Shown here: positions 19,380 through 29,649 of the stretch, piece after piece
Layout of the letters: every line of letters starts with the position of its first letter
Position numbering within the stretch: position 1 is the first letter of the stretch
From: Parcubacteria group bacterium Gr01-1014_20
GTDB taxonomy: Bacteria; Patescibacteriota; Minisyncoccia; UBA6257; 2-01-FULL-56-20
Direction: 5' to 3'
Assembly (NCBI GenBank): GCA_007376265.1
Contig: VMFW01000001.1
Coordinates: 2,455 to 66,454, forward strand
Length of the DNA: 64,000 nt
The notes under the pieces: model-generated
What the model was told of the DNA's origin: nothing
The model's input: the letters and a program-made list of their open reading frames with translations, nothing else
Databases searched by the model: none
Translations under genes and position numbers: made by a program

Positions 19380-19964
19380 ATGATTGAGTTTGTTCGTGGG
19401 AAGCTTGTTTCGAGGACAGACGATAGTCTTGTTGTGGATTTGGGTGGTTTTGGGATGAGAATATTTGTTTCGAAGTTTAGTCTAACGCACTTTTCTGCGG
19501 TTGTTCCCGGACAAGAAATAATGGTTTTTTGCCAACTTCGTCTTCGTGAGGATGGAGCCGATCTTTATGGGTTTTATAATCAGGACGAACTTCGAATTTT
19601 TAGACTTCTAAATACGATTTCTGGAGTTGGCCCAAAATCAGCTATTTCAATATTAAATATTGCAAGCCTTGAAGAATTAGTTTCAGCAATAAGTGAAAAA
19701 AGAGCTGATTTGCTAACTAGCGCGTCCGGGGTTGGTCGGAAAACCGCGGAGAGGATAATCCTCGAGTTGAGCGGTAGGGTTGTCGCGCCTAGGGCAGACG
19801 AGGTCGTGAAGAAGATGGAGATTGATCAAGACATAGTCGAAACCCTGGTTGGTCTAGGTTATCGAAAAGATGAGGCCCAAAGAGTTATAAGTAAGATCGA
19901 CGCAAGTGTTCAGGATATAAATTCTCGGCTGAAGTTGGCTCTCAAGATTTTAGCGAAAAGATAA
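19380..19964 (+). CDS. ruvA: Holliday junction branch migration protein RuvA
   Basis: LREDGADLYGF, ISGVGPKSA, SGVGRKTAERIILEL, LVGLGY. Confidence 0.97.
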   Translation: MIEFVRGKLVSRTDDSLVVDLGGFGMRIFVSKFSLTHFSAVVPGQEIMVFCQLRLREDGADLYGFYNQDELRIFRLLNTISGVGPKSAISILNIASLEELVSAISEKRADLLTSASGVGRKTAERIILELSGRVVAPRADEVVKKMEIDQDIVETLVGLGYRKDEAQRVISKIDASVQDINSRLKLALKILAKR

Positions 19965-19971
19965 GACAAAG

Positions 19972-21237
19972 ATGCCCCCCCAAAAAAACTCTCCATTGGC
20001 AAGGTTTTTCTATCGGTTTGAATTTCTTAGATTGCTTTATCACTTTTGTCTATCTTTTTGGGCAGCCCTTTTTTACCACTTTCCCAGTAGAAAAACTTTT
20101 GTAATCGGAGTTACGGGAACCAAGGGGAAGACAACGGTTGTTGATTTGGTTAATCGTATTCTCGAAACAGCCGGGAAGAAAACCGCTGTCCTCTCCTCTC
20201 TCTATTTTAAGATTGGCGAAGATCGGGAGGAAAACTTAACCGAGAACACTATGCCTGGACGGTTTTTTGTCCAGGGCTTTTTAGATAGGGCGGTTAGGGC
20301 TGGGTGCGGTTACGCTGTCGTCGAGGTTACATCGGAGGGGATTCGATATTACAGGCATCGATTTATCAATTGGAATTTGGCGCTGATCACCAACTTAGCT
20401 CCAGAACACATTGAGTCCCACGGCTCCTTCGAAAAATATCGGGAAGCGAAACTTGATTTTTTAAAATATGCGGCCGCGAAAGGAGCAAAAATTTTTCTTA
20501 ACAACGACGACCAGGGCTCTAGTTTTTTTTTCAATCAACTCGGGAGAGAAAAAATTACTGCATATTCGATAGCCGACAGGCTAGTCGAGTCATTCCTAAC
20601 CTTAACCCCAAGTCAGGCCATTGACAAAAGCACTAATTTATTGTTTAAGAAATTCAACCTTTCGAACGTCGCGGCGGCGGTTGCGATTGCGAAATACTTA
20701 GGGGTTGGAGAAGTAGAGATAATTATGGCGCTTAAAGGCTTTAACGGTTTGCCGGGGCGCATGGACGTGATCCAGTGGGACCCGTTTCAATTCATTGTTG
20801 ATTATGCTCACACCCCCGAGAGTCTAGAAAAATTTTATCAAACAGTTAAGGAGGGACCACGGCAAAAAACAAAGTTAATTTGCATTCTTGGTTCGGCTGG
20901 CGGAGGAAGAGATAAATGGAAGCGGCCGGCGATGGGGAAAATCGCCGCTAATTATTGCGAGTCAATAATATTGACGAACGAAGACCCATACGACGAGGAC
21001 CCAAAAGAAATTCTGAAAGATATCAGGGTCGGGATTGGAGATGGAGTTTTGGTTTTAGAGGTTCTTGACCGCCGGGAAGCGATTTTAAAGGCCGTTGAGT
21101 TGGCGAACGCCGGTGACTCGGTGGTTATAACCGGGAAAGGAAGCGAGCCGTATATTCACGTTTCGGATGGCAGAAAAATCGCATGGAGTGATAAGGGAGT
21201 GGCCGAGGAGGTTTTGGAAATGAAAAAGCTCCGCTAG
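19972..21237 (+). CDS. murE: Mur ligase, MurE-like
   Basis: GVTGTKGKTT, EVTSEG, TNLAPEHIE, PGRM, DYAHTP, EDPYDE, TGKGSE. Confidence 0.85.
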   Translation: MPPQKNSPLARFFYRFEFLRLLYHFCLSFWAALFYHFPSRKTFVIGVTGTKGKTTVVDLVNRILETAGKKTAVLSSLYFKIGEDREENLTENTMPGRFFVQGFLDRAVRAGCGYAVVEVTSEGIRYYRHRFINWNLALITNLAPEHIESHGSFEKYREAKLDFLKYAAAKGAKIFLNNDDQGSSFFFNQLGREKITAYSIADRLVESFLTLTPSQAIDKSTNLLFKKFNLSNVAAAVAIAKYLGVGEVEIIMALKGFNGLPGRMDVIQWDPFQFIVDYAHTPESLEKFYQTVKEGPRQKTKLICILGSAGGGRDKWKRPAMGKIAANYCESIILTNEDPYDEDPKEILKDIRVGIGDGVLVLEVLDRREAILKAVELANAGDSVVITGKGSEPYIHVSDGRKIAWSDKGVAEEVLEMKKLR

Positions 21238-21286
21238 TAATTTGCGGAGCTACTTCTTTATTTCAGCATCTCTCTTGAGGTACTTC

Positions 21287-21550
21287 TTAGAGTAGTAGGA
21301 GCTGGGTGATGGCGGAGCGATTTTTCTTCGCGTTTTTTCCATTGAGGGCGGCGTAGGCGTGTCGGCGAGCGGAAACCATGATGTGTTCAGGAACCCAAGT
21401 TCCCTCTGGGCCCATACGATTAGTCGACTCATCAGCCTTTGAGGTGAGAGTGATCCTCCCCCCGATCAGTGAGAAGCTCAAAAGGAACTCTTCGTTTTTG
21501 ATAGTGACTTTGCCGCTGGCTCTGTCTACGGAGACGATCTCGGGTGACAT
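21287..21550 (-). CDS. Hypothetical protein (87 aa)
   Basis: SD-like AAGGGGG upstream; TTGACA-17-TAGAAT promoter at 21625-21597; hairpin at 21227-21251 downstream. Confidence 0.6.
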   Translation of the reverse strand: MSPEIVSVDRASGKVTIKNEEFLLSFSLIGGRITLTSKADESTNRMGPEGTWVPEHIMVSARRHAYAALNGKNAKKNRSAITQLLLL

Positions 21551-21743
21551 AATTTCCCCCTTGTGAGCGGTTTTAAGGAACTAGACTCGTAGTTTAATTC
21601 TAGCATGTATTTTCCTGTTTGTCAATATGAGGTCTTTCTTGTAAGTTCTGTTGGCTGTGATTTTTTATTGTTAACCCTCTAAGAGGACGGAGGTTTTTGC
21701 TCACGGTCCCTGAAAATGCTAGAATTCAGCTTACTTTGATTAG

Positions 21744-23093
21744 TTGATGAAAATAATATTTTACGGGGGAGCGAACAGCGTAACTGGTTCGAATTACTAC
21801 CTAGAAAACGCGGAGACAAGAGTTCTGGTAGATTGCGGATTGCATCAAGGGAGTAATTTCGCCGAGCGGCGAAATTTTGAGCCGCTCCCATACGACGCGA
21901 AGAAAATCGACGCGGTTTTTATTACCCACTCTCACATTGATCACATCGGTCTTTTGCCTAAGCTTCTCCGGGATGGCTTTCGGGGCAAGATTTATTCCAC
22001 TAAACCCACGAAAGATTTTGCCGAACTGATGCTTCTCGACTCCGAGCATATTTTAGGCGAAGAGGCCAAGAAATGGAAAAAACCCGCGCTCTACGGAGCA
22101 GAGGACGTTTCAAAGGTGATGGCGGTTTGGGTGGGGGTTGAGTACCACGCTCCGGTTGAGGTGGGAGATCTTTCAGCCGAATTTTTTGACGCGGGACATA
22201 TTTTGGGTTCGGCATTTATCCGAATTTCCGGGAGCGGAAAGTCGGTGGTTTTCTCTGGTGACCTAGGAAATTATCCTGCGCCAATTATTAAATCAACAGA
22301 AAAGATTCCCGAGGCCGATTACTGTCTTATCGAATCAACCTACGGAGATCGAGTTCATGAGGGCGCCGAAAGCAGGTTGGAGCAACTCGAGGACGCGATT
22401 GAGGACATCAATCGGTCAAAAGGAGTTCTTTTAATACCGGCTTTTGCGATGGAGCGCACCCAGCAGTTGCTCTATGAGTTGAATGAGTTGGTTGAAAACG
22501 GCAGAGTCCCGAAAATCCCTGTTTATATTGATAGCCCCCTGGCGATTAAGCTCACGTCGGTTTACAAGAAGTATCGAAATTACTTCAACGAAGAAGCCGC
22601 CGGTCTCATCAGAGGCGGCGACGACATTTTGGACTTTAAAGGATTACATCTGACCCTAACCACCGATCAGTCGAAGGAAATTAATAATGTTCATCCACCA
22701 AAAGTGGTGGTAGCCGGATCCGGAATGTCCCACGGGGGGAGGATCTTGCATCACGAGAGGAGGTATTTGCCAGATCCAAACTCAATGGTTCTTTTTATTG
22801 GTTATCAAGGCAGTGGGTCTTTGGGAAGGATGATCCTTGATGGGGCGCGAGAGGTAAAGATTATGGGCGAAAGCATTCCGGTAAGGGCCAGAGTGAGAAG
22901 GATTAGCGCTTACTCTGCTCACGCGGATCAGCCGCGCTTGCTCGAGTGGCTTAAGCCAGCGAGGCAGGTTTTGAAAAATGTTTTTGTGGTTCAGGGCGAG
23001 AGTGGTTCGAGTGAAGCGTTAGCCCAGAAAATCAATGACGAGCTGGCGATTCAAACCACCATCCCAAGTCAGGGACAGGAATGTGAGTTATAA
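21744..23093 (+). CDS. MBL-fold beta-CASP ribonuclease (Ysh1/TTHA0252-like)
   Basis: THSHIDHIG, AGHILGS, FSGDLG, ESTYG, YSAHAD. Confidence 0.92.
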   Translation: MMKIIFYGGANSVTGSNYYLENAETRVLVDCGLHQGSNFAERRNFEPLPYDAKKIDAVFITHSHIDHIGLLPKLLRDGFRGKIYSTKPTKDFAELMLLDSEHILGEEAKKWKKPALYGAEDVSKVMAVWVGVEYHAPVEVGDLSAEFFDAGHILGSAFIRISGSGKSVVFSGDLGNYPAPIIKSTEKIPEADYCLIESTYGDRVHEGAESRLEQLEDAIEDINRSKGVLLIPAFAMERTQQLLYELNELVENGRVPKIPVYIDSPLAIKLTSVYKKYRNYFNEEAAGLIRGGDDILDFKGLHLTLTTDQSKEINNVHPPKVVVAGSGMSHGGRILHHERRYLPDPNSMVLFIGYQGSGSLGRMILDGAREVKIMGESIPVRARVRRISAYSAHADQPRLLEWLKPARQVLKNVFVVQGESGSSEALAQKINDELAIQTTIPSQGQECEL

Positions 23094-23100
23094 TTAGAGA

Positions 23101-23718
23101 ATGGCTAGAACTGAAAAAAACGAAAAGAAGGTGCCTCTATCAAAGGTGTTGTATGAGCAGAAATACAAAATTGCTGTTTCGGGCGCGGCAGAGACCAGTC
23201 ACTGTCTTCCGGGGGCGAAAGAAAGAGCCGAAGAGATCGGACGACTGATTGCGAGAAGAGGGATGATTTTGATTACGGGGGCCACGACGGGGTTACCTTA
23301 TTGGGCGGCTAAGGGCGCCAAGGAAGAGGGCGGGGTGGTGATTGGTTTTTCGCCGGCGGCCTCGCGAATAGCTCATATCAATGTTTATCATTTACCGGTT
23401 GATTATCACGATGTTATCGTCTACACCGGGTTTGATTATTCTGGAAGGAACTTGATTTTGATTCGGGCGGCGGATGGAATAGTAACGGTTTGTGGCCGGA
23501 TGGGAACCCTGAATGAATTTACGATTGCGTTTGAGGATAAAAAACCTCAGGCGGTGTTTACGCCAAGTGGTGGCACCACCGATATGATTCAGGAGATAAT
23601 TAAGGTGGCGAAGCGGGGCCATGGGCAGGTGGTGTTTGAGAGCGACCCGAATCGCTTACTAGATCGACTAGTTGAGGTTATAAAGAAAGAACAAGGAGGG
23701 AAGGGGTCCTCGGGCTAA
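23101..23718 (+). CDS. LOG/TIGR00725-like Rossmann-fold nucleotide-binding protein
   Basis: IAVSGA, TGATTG, RNLILI, GRMGTLNE. Confidence 0.8.
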   Translation: MARTEKNEKKVPLSKVLYEQKYKIAVSGAAETSHCLPGAKERAEEIGRLIARRGMILITGATTGLPYWAAKGAKEEGGVVIGFSPAASRIAHINVYHLPVDYHDVIVYTGFDYSGRNLILIRAADGIVTVCGRMGTLNEFTIAFEDKKPQAVFTPSGGTTDMIQEIIKVAKRGHGQVVFESDPNRLLDRLVEVIKKEQGGKGSSG

Positions 23719-23739
23719 AAAGCAGGTAAGCTTTGCGGT

Positions 23740-24840
23740 ATGTTTGATCGATTGAGTCAGTCGATAAGGGGTGGGGGTTTGGTGGCGGCAACGACGATTG
23801 GGGCCGGGATTTTTGTGCTCCCTTACGTTTTTTTACGAGGGGGCTGGCTCGTTGGTATTTTGTATTTTCTCATTCTGGGCTTTTTGGTGGTCTTCGCTCA
23901 CCATCTATTTTCGGAGGTTTTTTCAAAGGCGGGTGACAAGAGGGGGCTTTTGGGGTTAATTAGGGATAACTTCGGAGGAGGATTTTTTTACTTCGCGACT
24001 ATTGTGTTTAAAGGGGGACTTTTTTTAACGCTGGTTATTTATTTGCTCCTTGGGTCAAGCTTTATGACGATGGTTTTTCCCGGAGTAAATCACGGAGTGG
24101 CTTTGGCGTGGTTTTGGGTGATCGCTTCTTTCCCGATACTTTTAAGTTTGCGGCGATTCGTCGGGTTGGAGGTGGGAGCGACTCTGCTAATGGCCTTAAT
24201 TGTGGCTTTCGTTTTCGCGAAGGGTTTGCCGATTGATATTGAACGAGTCGGTCCGCCGGTCGGCGACTGGTTTTTTCCGTTTGGGCACGTGCTTTTTGCT
24301 CTGGCTGGATGGACGGCGGTCTACCCCTTATACGAAATTTCAAAAAAGAGAAAGAGCTTAATTTATCCGCTGATTTTCGGAACCGGAGTCTCGATCGCGA
24401 TTTACTTGTTTTTTGTTTTAGGGATAACGAGCGGGGCGCCAAACATCACTCCCGACGCTATTTCTGGTTTGACAGATTGGCCCAACTGGCAGATTGACCT
24501 TTTGGCGGTGCTTGGACTTTTCGCGATTTGGACTTCTTACGGGCCGATTGGTCTTGAGATCCGGAGTTCGTTTGAAAAAGACCTGAGGGTTTCTAGAATA
24601 GTAAGTTTCTTGGCGGTGCTTTTTGTCCCACTCATTCTGATTTGGTTAGGGTTTAATAACTTTTTAGAAATGGTGGGTTTGGTTGGCGGAGTTTTTCTGG
24701 CCTTCCAATATCTATTGATAGTTTTAGTTAGTAGAAAAGTGTTAGCTCTTAGGGGTTTTAGGAGAGTTGTTTCCGCTTTAGTGATTCTTATTTTTGCGCT
24801 GGCGGTTGTTTACGAAATTTACTATTTTGTAATAAAGTAG
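23740..24840 (+). CDS. Amino acid permease (aromatic amino acid/HAAAP-like)
   Basis: TTIGAGIFVLPY, ~11 TM helices, FAIWTSY. Confidence 0.8.
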   Translation: MFDRLSQSIRGGGLVAATTIGAGIFVLPYVFLRGGWLVGILYFLILGFLVVFAHHLFSEVFSKAGDKRGLLGLIRDNFGGGFFYFATIVFKGGLFLTLVIYLLLGSSFMTMVFPGVNHGVALAWFWVIASFPILLSLRRFVGLEVGATLLMALIVAFVFAKGLPIDIERVGPPVGDWFFPFGHVLFALAGWTAVYPLYEISKKRKSLIYPLIFGTGVSIAIYLFFVLGITSGAPNITPDAISGLTDWPNWQIDLLAVLGLFAIWTSYGPIGLEIRSSFEKDLRVSRIVSFLAVLFVPLILIWLGFNNFLEMVGLVGGVFLAFQYLLIVLVSRKVLALRGFRRVVSALVILIFALAVVYEIYYFVIK

Positions 24841-24845
24841 AGCAG

Positions 24846-24917
24846 GCCCTCATAGTTGAATGGATACAATGTCTCCCTCCGAAGGAGGAGGTGCAGGTTC
24901 GATTCCTGCTGAGGGCA
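24846..24917 (+). tRNA. tRNA-Arg(CCG)
   Basis: GCCCTCA/TGAGGGC acceptor stem, anticodon loop CTCCGAA, GGTTCGATTCC. Confidence 0.93.
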
Positions 24918-24935
24918 CACGAAGAGAGTAAAATT

Positions 24936-24965
24936 AAAGCCGCTTCTTTTTTGGGAAGCGGCTTT
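24936..24965. terminator. Bidirectional terminator
   Basis: AAAGCCGCTTC...GAAGCGGCTTT between convergent genes. Confidence 0.7.
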
Positions 24966-24970
24966 GGTTT

Positions 24971-25273
24971 CTAGCGCGCTCGAGGGGGGACTCTTTGATG
25001 GTTCGGGAGGCTCATAAGACCACCGGGCGGGTTCTGGTTTTCGGTCCGGAGGCTTTGCTCAGCAGCCTTTTGGAGTTTGTGGTTGTGGTGACAAGTCTTA
25101 CAACGCTTGGGGTCGTGGGCGTATCCCTTTTCTTCAAAGTACTCTCGGGCGCTTTTTGGGAAAGTGAACTCTTCGTGGCAGTCAACGCAGGTAAGAATAA
25201 CAGGTTTTCCTTCGGCGGATGGTCTTTCGCTTCTGGCGGTCGCCGAACTTCCGCCGGGAATACTCTCTGCCAT
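24971..25273 (-). CDS. Zinc-ribbon domain protein (zf-trcl-like)
   Basis: LTCVDC.EEFTF.....YFEEKG...PKRCKTC. Confidence 0.8.
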   Translation of the reverse strand: MAESIPGGSSATARSERPSAEGKPVILTCVDCHEEFTFPKSAREYFEEKGYAHDPKRCKTCHHNHKLQKAAEQSLRTENQNPPGGLMSLPNHQRVPPRAR

Positions 25274-25439
25274 TTTTCCCCCAGAGAGGTTTGGTTGGGG
25301 TTTGTTTTTGTCTTGCCGAACGTGAGCGCTTTTTAGATACTTCTGTTCCTAAGTATAGTTTTTTATGCCGAGAAAGTAAACGCTGATATGAATCTTTAAG
25401 ACCTGTTTGGCTATTCTTTTTCTCCTGTATAATGTACGC

Positions 25440-26069
25440 ATGGATAAAGTCGGGCTTTTAAAAGAAGTTGAGCAAGAGATGATTCAAAATCGAGGCTTGC
25501 CTCTACGGGAGGCGAACTTAGTTTTTGGTGAAGGTGACGTTAACTGCAGTGTGATGTTTATCGGGGAAGCGCCGGGTTTTCATGAAAACGAGGCCAAACG
25601 GCCGTTTGTCGGACGGGGAGGACAGTTGTTGCGAAGGCTGATAAGGGAGCTCGGTTGGCTAGAGCAGGATGTCTATATCACAAATATCGTGAAGAGGCGG
25701 CCGCCGGAGAATCGGGACCCTAGCCCCGAGGAGATAGAGGCTTATCGACCCTACCTGGCGCGTCAGATTGAGATAATCAATCCCAAAATTGTTGTCCCTT
25801 TGGGCCGTTTTTCCATGAATTATTTTTTGCCGGAGGCGAAGATAACCCGTGACCAGGGAAGAGCTTTTAAGATTAACCATAGGCTTATTGTGCCGATGTT
25901 TCACCCGGCGGCGGCTCTTAGGTCAACTGGGGTTTTGGATCAGCTCCGGGCAAGTTTTTTGAGGTTGCCGCGTATAATCGGGGGAGAGGTTTTTGACGCG
26001 AACGTTTTAGTTTCATCACGAGAAGTAAAGCCGGCTACTCCCAAACAGGATCAAGTCAGCTTGTTTTAA
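25440..26069 (+). CDS. Uracil-DNA glycosylase, family 4
   Basis: IGEAPG, PFVGRGG, YITNIVK.RPPENRDP, FHPAAAL. Confidence 0.93.
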   Translation: MDKVGLLKEVEQEMIQNRGLPLREANLVFGEGDVNCSVMFIGEAPGFHENEAKRPFVGRGGQLLRRLIRELGWLEQDVYITNIVKRRPPENRDPSPEEIEAYRPYLARQIEIINPKIVVPLGRFSMNYFLPEAKITRDQGRAFKINHRLIVPMFHPAAALRSTGVLDQLRASFLRLPRIIGGEVFDANVLVSSREVKPATPKQDQVSLF

Positions 26070-26091
26070 TTTTTTGGAATATAATTAAACC

Positions 26092-26442
26092 ATGGCCATC
26101 GTTTACCTTTTGAGTCGTCTTGGATATAGGACTTTGGATTTTTTTCATCACTGGTATTACCACGGATCAAGAGTTTTAACGAATTACTTTTTTGCATTCC
26201 TCGAGAAGCTGGATCGAGGGGTGGCCTTAAAAATAACACTGAAGTATTTTTTTCAGCCACTCTATAAAGACTACACGGTGATTGGCAGAATTCTGGGCGT
26301 GATTTTCAGAACTTTCAGAGTTGGCATTGGTTTCGTTGTCTATGGTTTTTTTGGATTTTTATTTACGGGCATTTACTTGGCTTGGGTTTTGCTTTTGCCA
26401 GCGATTCTTTTCTTTTTTGTGAGGAATTTATTTTTTCAATGA
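26092..26442 (+). CDS. Small membrane protein translationally coupled to the Clp ATPase
   Basis: ATGA overlap with next gene; FFQPLYKDYTVIGRILG plus a TM segment. Confidence 0.75.
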   Translation: MAIVYLLSRLGYRTLDFFHHWYYHGSRVLTNYFFAFLEKLDRGVALKITLKYFFQPLYKDYTVIGRILGVIFRTFRVGIGFVVYGFFGFLFTGIYLAWVLLLPAILFFFVRNLFFQ

Positions 26443-28973
26443 GCATAAAGAAAGAAGAAGCAAGCGTCTATTTCGATGATCCGAGGCTCCGGATGGGCCT
26501 TTTCGGGCGGCTCACGGTCAGGGTGGCGGGGTACGTGGGGAATTTGGTTTTGGCGGTAGCTTGTTTTTCTTTGCTTTTTGCTTCGATTGGTTGGGCGCGT
26601 TATTTGGGACTTTTGTTTTTACTTTTCTTGATGGACAGATTTATTCATCGAGGAGAGGCGGACAAGCCTATTCCCGAGCGGCCAAAAGAGGGCCCGGTCA
26701 ACGTGGCGCTTTTTATGAGGCCGAGTGCTTTTTTGGCTCTCGAGAGGGCATACGATAAAAGTTTGATTTCAAAAACCAGCTTGTCCCTAGAGGCCCTAAG
26801 GGAGCTCTTGAACTTGCCGGAGATTCAAGAGGGTTTAGCAAGGATGGACGTCGAGCTTGGAGAGGTTAGGCAAAAGACCGAGGAGTTTTTACACCAAAGT
26901 GTTCAGATGATTCCGGGTGACCATAAACAAAAGAAAGAAGCGGCTCAAGAGATTGCCGTTAAGGCTTTTGAAATCGCCTCCCTTCATAACGATCAATTTG
27001 TTGAGCCCGCCAGCCTTTTTTCAGCCTTACCCCATACTTCGAAAGACGATTTTGTGAGTCGACTTTTTAATTTATTCGAGATTGAGAGCGACGACTTGGC
27101 CAAGGCGATGATGTTTGGGGTTTTAAAGAAACAGTTTTACTCAGTTGGGCGGATGCCGGGAAGTGTTGGGGAGTTTGTGAGGGGTCCGAAAAGAAGCTTG
27201 CGCCACCGGGTAATGAATCGAGCTTGGACGAGTCGGCCGACACCGACTTTGGATAGATATAGCTACGACTTAACCGATTTAGCGAGGCAAGAAAAAGTGG
27301 GTTTTCTAATTGGCCACAGGCTTGAGTTTGATAGATTGGTTGATGTGCTTTCTCGATCAGCGAATCCCAACGTGCTTTTGGTGGGTGAGGTAGGAGTGGG
27401 AAAGGAAACTTTGATTAGCCACCTGGCATTTCAGATCATTAAAGACAGGGTTCCGCCACCGCTTTTTGACAAACGATTAGTGTCCTTGAGTATCAGCAAC
27501 CTTGTGGCTGGAGCGGCGCCCGAGGAGCTTCAGGCCAGGTTGGATAGAATCATAAATGAGATCATTGCGGCTGGAAACATCATTCTCCACGTGCCGGATA
27601 TCCATAACTTAGTTAGAACTTCCGGGACGGCGTATCTCTCGGCCGCTGATGCCCTGATGCCGATATTTATGGATAATGCTTTTCCCATTATCGGGGCAAC
27701 TTTTCCCAAGGAGTATCGGGAAAACTTGGAGCCGAGGACTGATTTTAATGGGATTTTTGAAAGGATACAGGTTAGTGAAATAACTGAAGATGAGGCGGAA
27801 AGACTTTTGGTTTACGAGAGTTTGATTTTAGAGAGAGATTCGGGAGTGATGGTAACTTTCGGGGCGATTAAGAAAGCCGTGAAGCTGGCAAGAAAGTATT
27901 TTCGCAACAAGTTTTTACCGTCTTCTGCTGAAGAGCTCCTGAAGAACGCTTTGGCTGAAGCCAAAAGAAGAAAAGAGGTGGTGCTTGGACCAAACGAGAT
28001 TATTCGAACGGCCGAGGCTAAAGTTAATATTCCGATTCACGAGGCCTCGGAAGCGGAAGCTGCGGCGCTGGTTAACCTCGAAGAGATAATCCACGAGCGG
28101 CTAGTTGGTCAAGAGGAGGCGGTTCACGCAGTTGCAAACGTGCTTCGGGAGTATCGAAGCGGGCTTTCGAAGCCCGGAGGCCCAATTGCCAGCTTTCTTT
28201 TCGTTGGACCAACGGGAGTGGGCAAGACCGAGCTTTCCAAAATTTTGGCCAAGGTTCAGTTTGGCTCAATCGATCTCATGGTTCGCTTCGATATGTCCGA
28301 GTATCAGGACAAGCAGAGTTTTTATCGTTTCATCGGTTCGCCGGATGGGAAGATTTCCGGCGCCTTAACCGAAGCAATAACTCAAAAACCCTATAGCCTA
28401 ATTCTGCTCGATGAGTTCGAGAAAGCCTTTCCAGATATTTTGGATTTGTTTCTTCAGGTTTTTGACGATGGGAGGTTGACGGACAATTTGGGGCGGACGG
28501 TTGATTTCCAAAACACGATTATCATTGCGACCTCGAATGCTCAATCAGACATAATCAACGATGCTCTCCGACAAGGACAAACCATGAGTCAAATTGCGGA
28601 GTACTTAAAAAGTAAGCTAACTGATACTTTCAAACCGGAGCTTTTAAATCGTTTTTCGAAGATCGTGGTTTTCAATAATCTATCTCCTGGAGATCTCGAA
28701 AAAATAGCGCTGATTAATCTCAACGGTTTCTCAAAACTGGTGGCGGAGCAGGGGGTGGGATTGAAATTCAGTCTGGAGGCCGTTCGAGCGGTGGCGAAGC
28801 TCGGCTATGAGCCGGCTTTTGGAGCGCGACCGATTAATCGGGTGATTGAAGAGAGGCTCCGAGCTCCCTTGGCCGAGAAGATCCTAAAGCGGGAGGTTCA
28901 AAAAGGTAAAGAGTATCAGGTAACTTTCGAGGACGAGGCTTTCAAGTTTGTGCTTATGGAGAGAAATGGATAA
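26439..28973 (+). CDS. Membrane-anchored Clp/Hsp100 AAA+ ATPase
   Basis: Two N-terminal TM helices; NBD1 degenerate (GVGKE, HVPDIH); NBD2 intact (GPTGVGKT, LLDEFEKA, GARP). Confidence 0.9.
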   Translation: MSIKKEEASVYFDDPRLRMGLFGRLTVRVAGYVGNLVLAVACFSLLFASIGWARYLGLLFLLFLMDRFIHRGEADKPIPERPKEGPVNVALFMRPSAFLALERAYDKSLISKTSLSLEALRELLNLPEIQEGLARMDVELGEVRQKTEEFLHQSVQMIPGDHKQKKEAAQEIAVKAFEIASLHNDQFVEPASLFSALPHTSKDDFVSRLFNLFEIESDDLAKAMMFGVLKKQFYSVGRMPGSVGEFVRGPKRSLRHRVMNRAWTSRPTPTLDRYSYDLTDLARQEKVGFLIGHRLEFDRLVDVLSRSANPNVLLVGEVGVGKETLISHLAFQIIKDRVPPPLFDKRLVSLSISNLVAGAAPEELQARLDRIINEIIAAGNIILHVPDIHNLVRTSGTAYLSAADALMPIFMDNAFPIIGATFPKEYRENLEPRTDFNGIFERIQVSEITEDEAERLLVYESLILERDSGVMVTFGAIKKAVKLARKYFRNKFLPSSAEELLKNALAEAKRRKEVVLGPNEIIRTAEAKVNIPIHEASEAEAAALVNLEEIIHERLVGQEEAVHAVANVLREYRSGLSKPGGPIASFLFVGPTGVGKTELSKILAKVQFGSIDLMVRFDMSEYQDKQSFYRFIGSPDGKISGALTEAITQKPYSLILLDEFEKAFPDILDLFLQVFDDGRLTDNLGRTVDFQNTIIIATSNAQSDIINDALRQGQTMSQIAEYLKSKLTDTFKPELLNRFSKIVVFNNLSPGDLEKIALINLNGFSKLVAEQGVGLKFSLEAVRAVAKLGYEPAFGARPINRVIEERLRAPLAEKILKREVQKGKEYQVTFEDEAFKFVLMERNG

Positions 28974-28982
28974 AATAGGTGA

Positions 28983-29639
28983 GTGAGGATTAAAATAAAC
29001 GTTGATTTAAGGGTTGGGCGAGTCATTAAGTATTTTATTTTAGCGGACCTGGCGCTTTTAGCGGGTTGGGGCTTGGTGGGGCCGATCTTCTCTGTGTTTG
29101 TGATTGAGAGGGTGGCCGGGGCGACACTCGTGACCGTGGGGATTGCGGCCGGGATTTACTGGGTTTTAAAGTCCCTTCTTCAACTGCCGATAGCCACCTA
29201 CTTAGACAAAAAAGAGGGCGAAAGGGATGATTTTCTAGCTCTCATAATCGGGCTTTTTGTCTCCGCTTTCACGGCCATTGCTTACAACTTTATCACTCAA
29301 GTTTGGCATCTGTATTTAGTTGAGATTATCCATGCGATGGCTTTCGCTCTTTACGTTCCAGCCTGGTCGGCGATGTTTTCACGACACGTGGATAAAGATA
29401 GGGTTTCTTTCGACTGGTCGCTCGACAGCACGGTGGCGGGCTTGTCCGCGGGGGTGAGTGGTATTTTGGGAGGGGCGGTCGCAAGCGCGTGGGGTTTCCA
29501 TTGGGTTTTTATCCTAGCCGGCATATTTTCGGCCGTTTCAGCGTTTGTGCTTATTATGGCGCCGGATTTTATTTTTCCTCCACGGACAACCGAGAATCCA
29601 GTGATTAAGGATCATACGCCGGCGAATATCAGTCACTAA
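28983..29639 (+). CDS. Half-size (6-TM) MFS-like transporter
   Basis: Six hydrophobic helices; motif-A-like ATYLDKKEGER. Confidence 0.7.
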   Translation: MRIKINVDLRVGRVIKYFILADLALLAGWGLVGPIFSVFVIERVAGATLVTVGIAAGIYWVLKSLLQLPIATYLDKKEGERDDFLALIIGLFVSAFTAIAYNFITQVWHLYLVEIIHAMAFALYVPAWSAMFSRHVDKDRVSFDWSLDSTVAGLSAGVSGILGGAVASAWGFHWVFILAGIFSAVSAFVLIMAPDFIFPPRTTENPVIKDHTPANISH

Positions 29640-29649
29640 AAAAGTAACA

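Noticed and set aside
17547-19964. ruvB missing from the ruvC/ruvA cluster (and infB absent after nusA)
   Set aside because: These genes are often unlinked; absence from one window is not evidence of loss.
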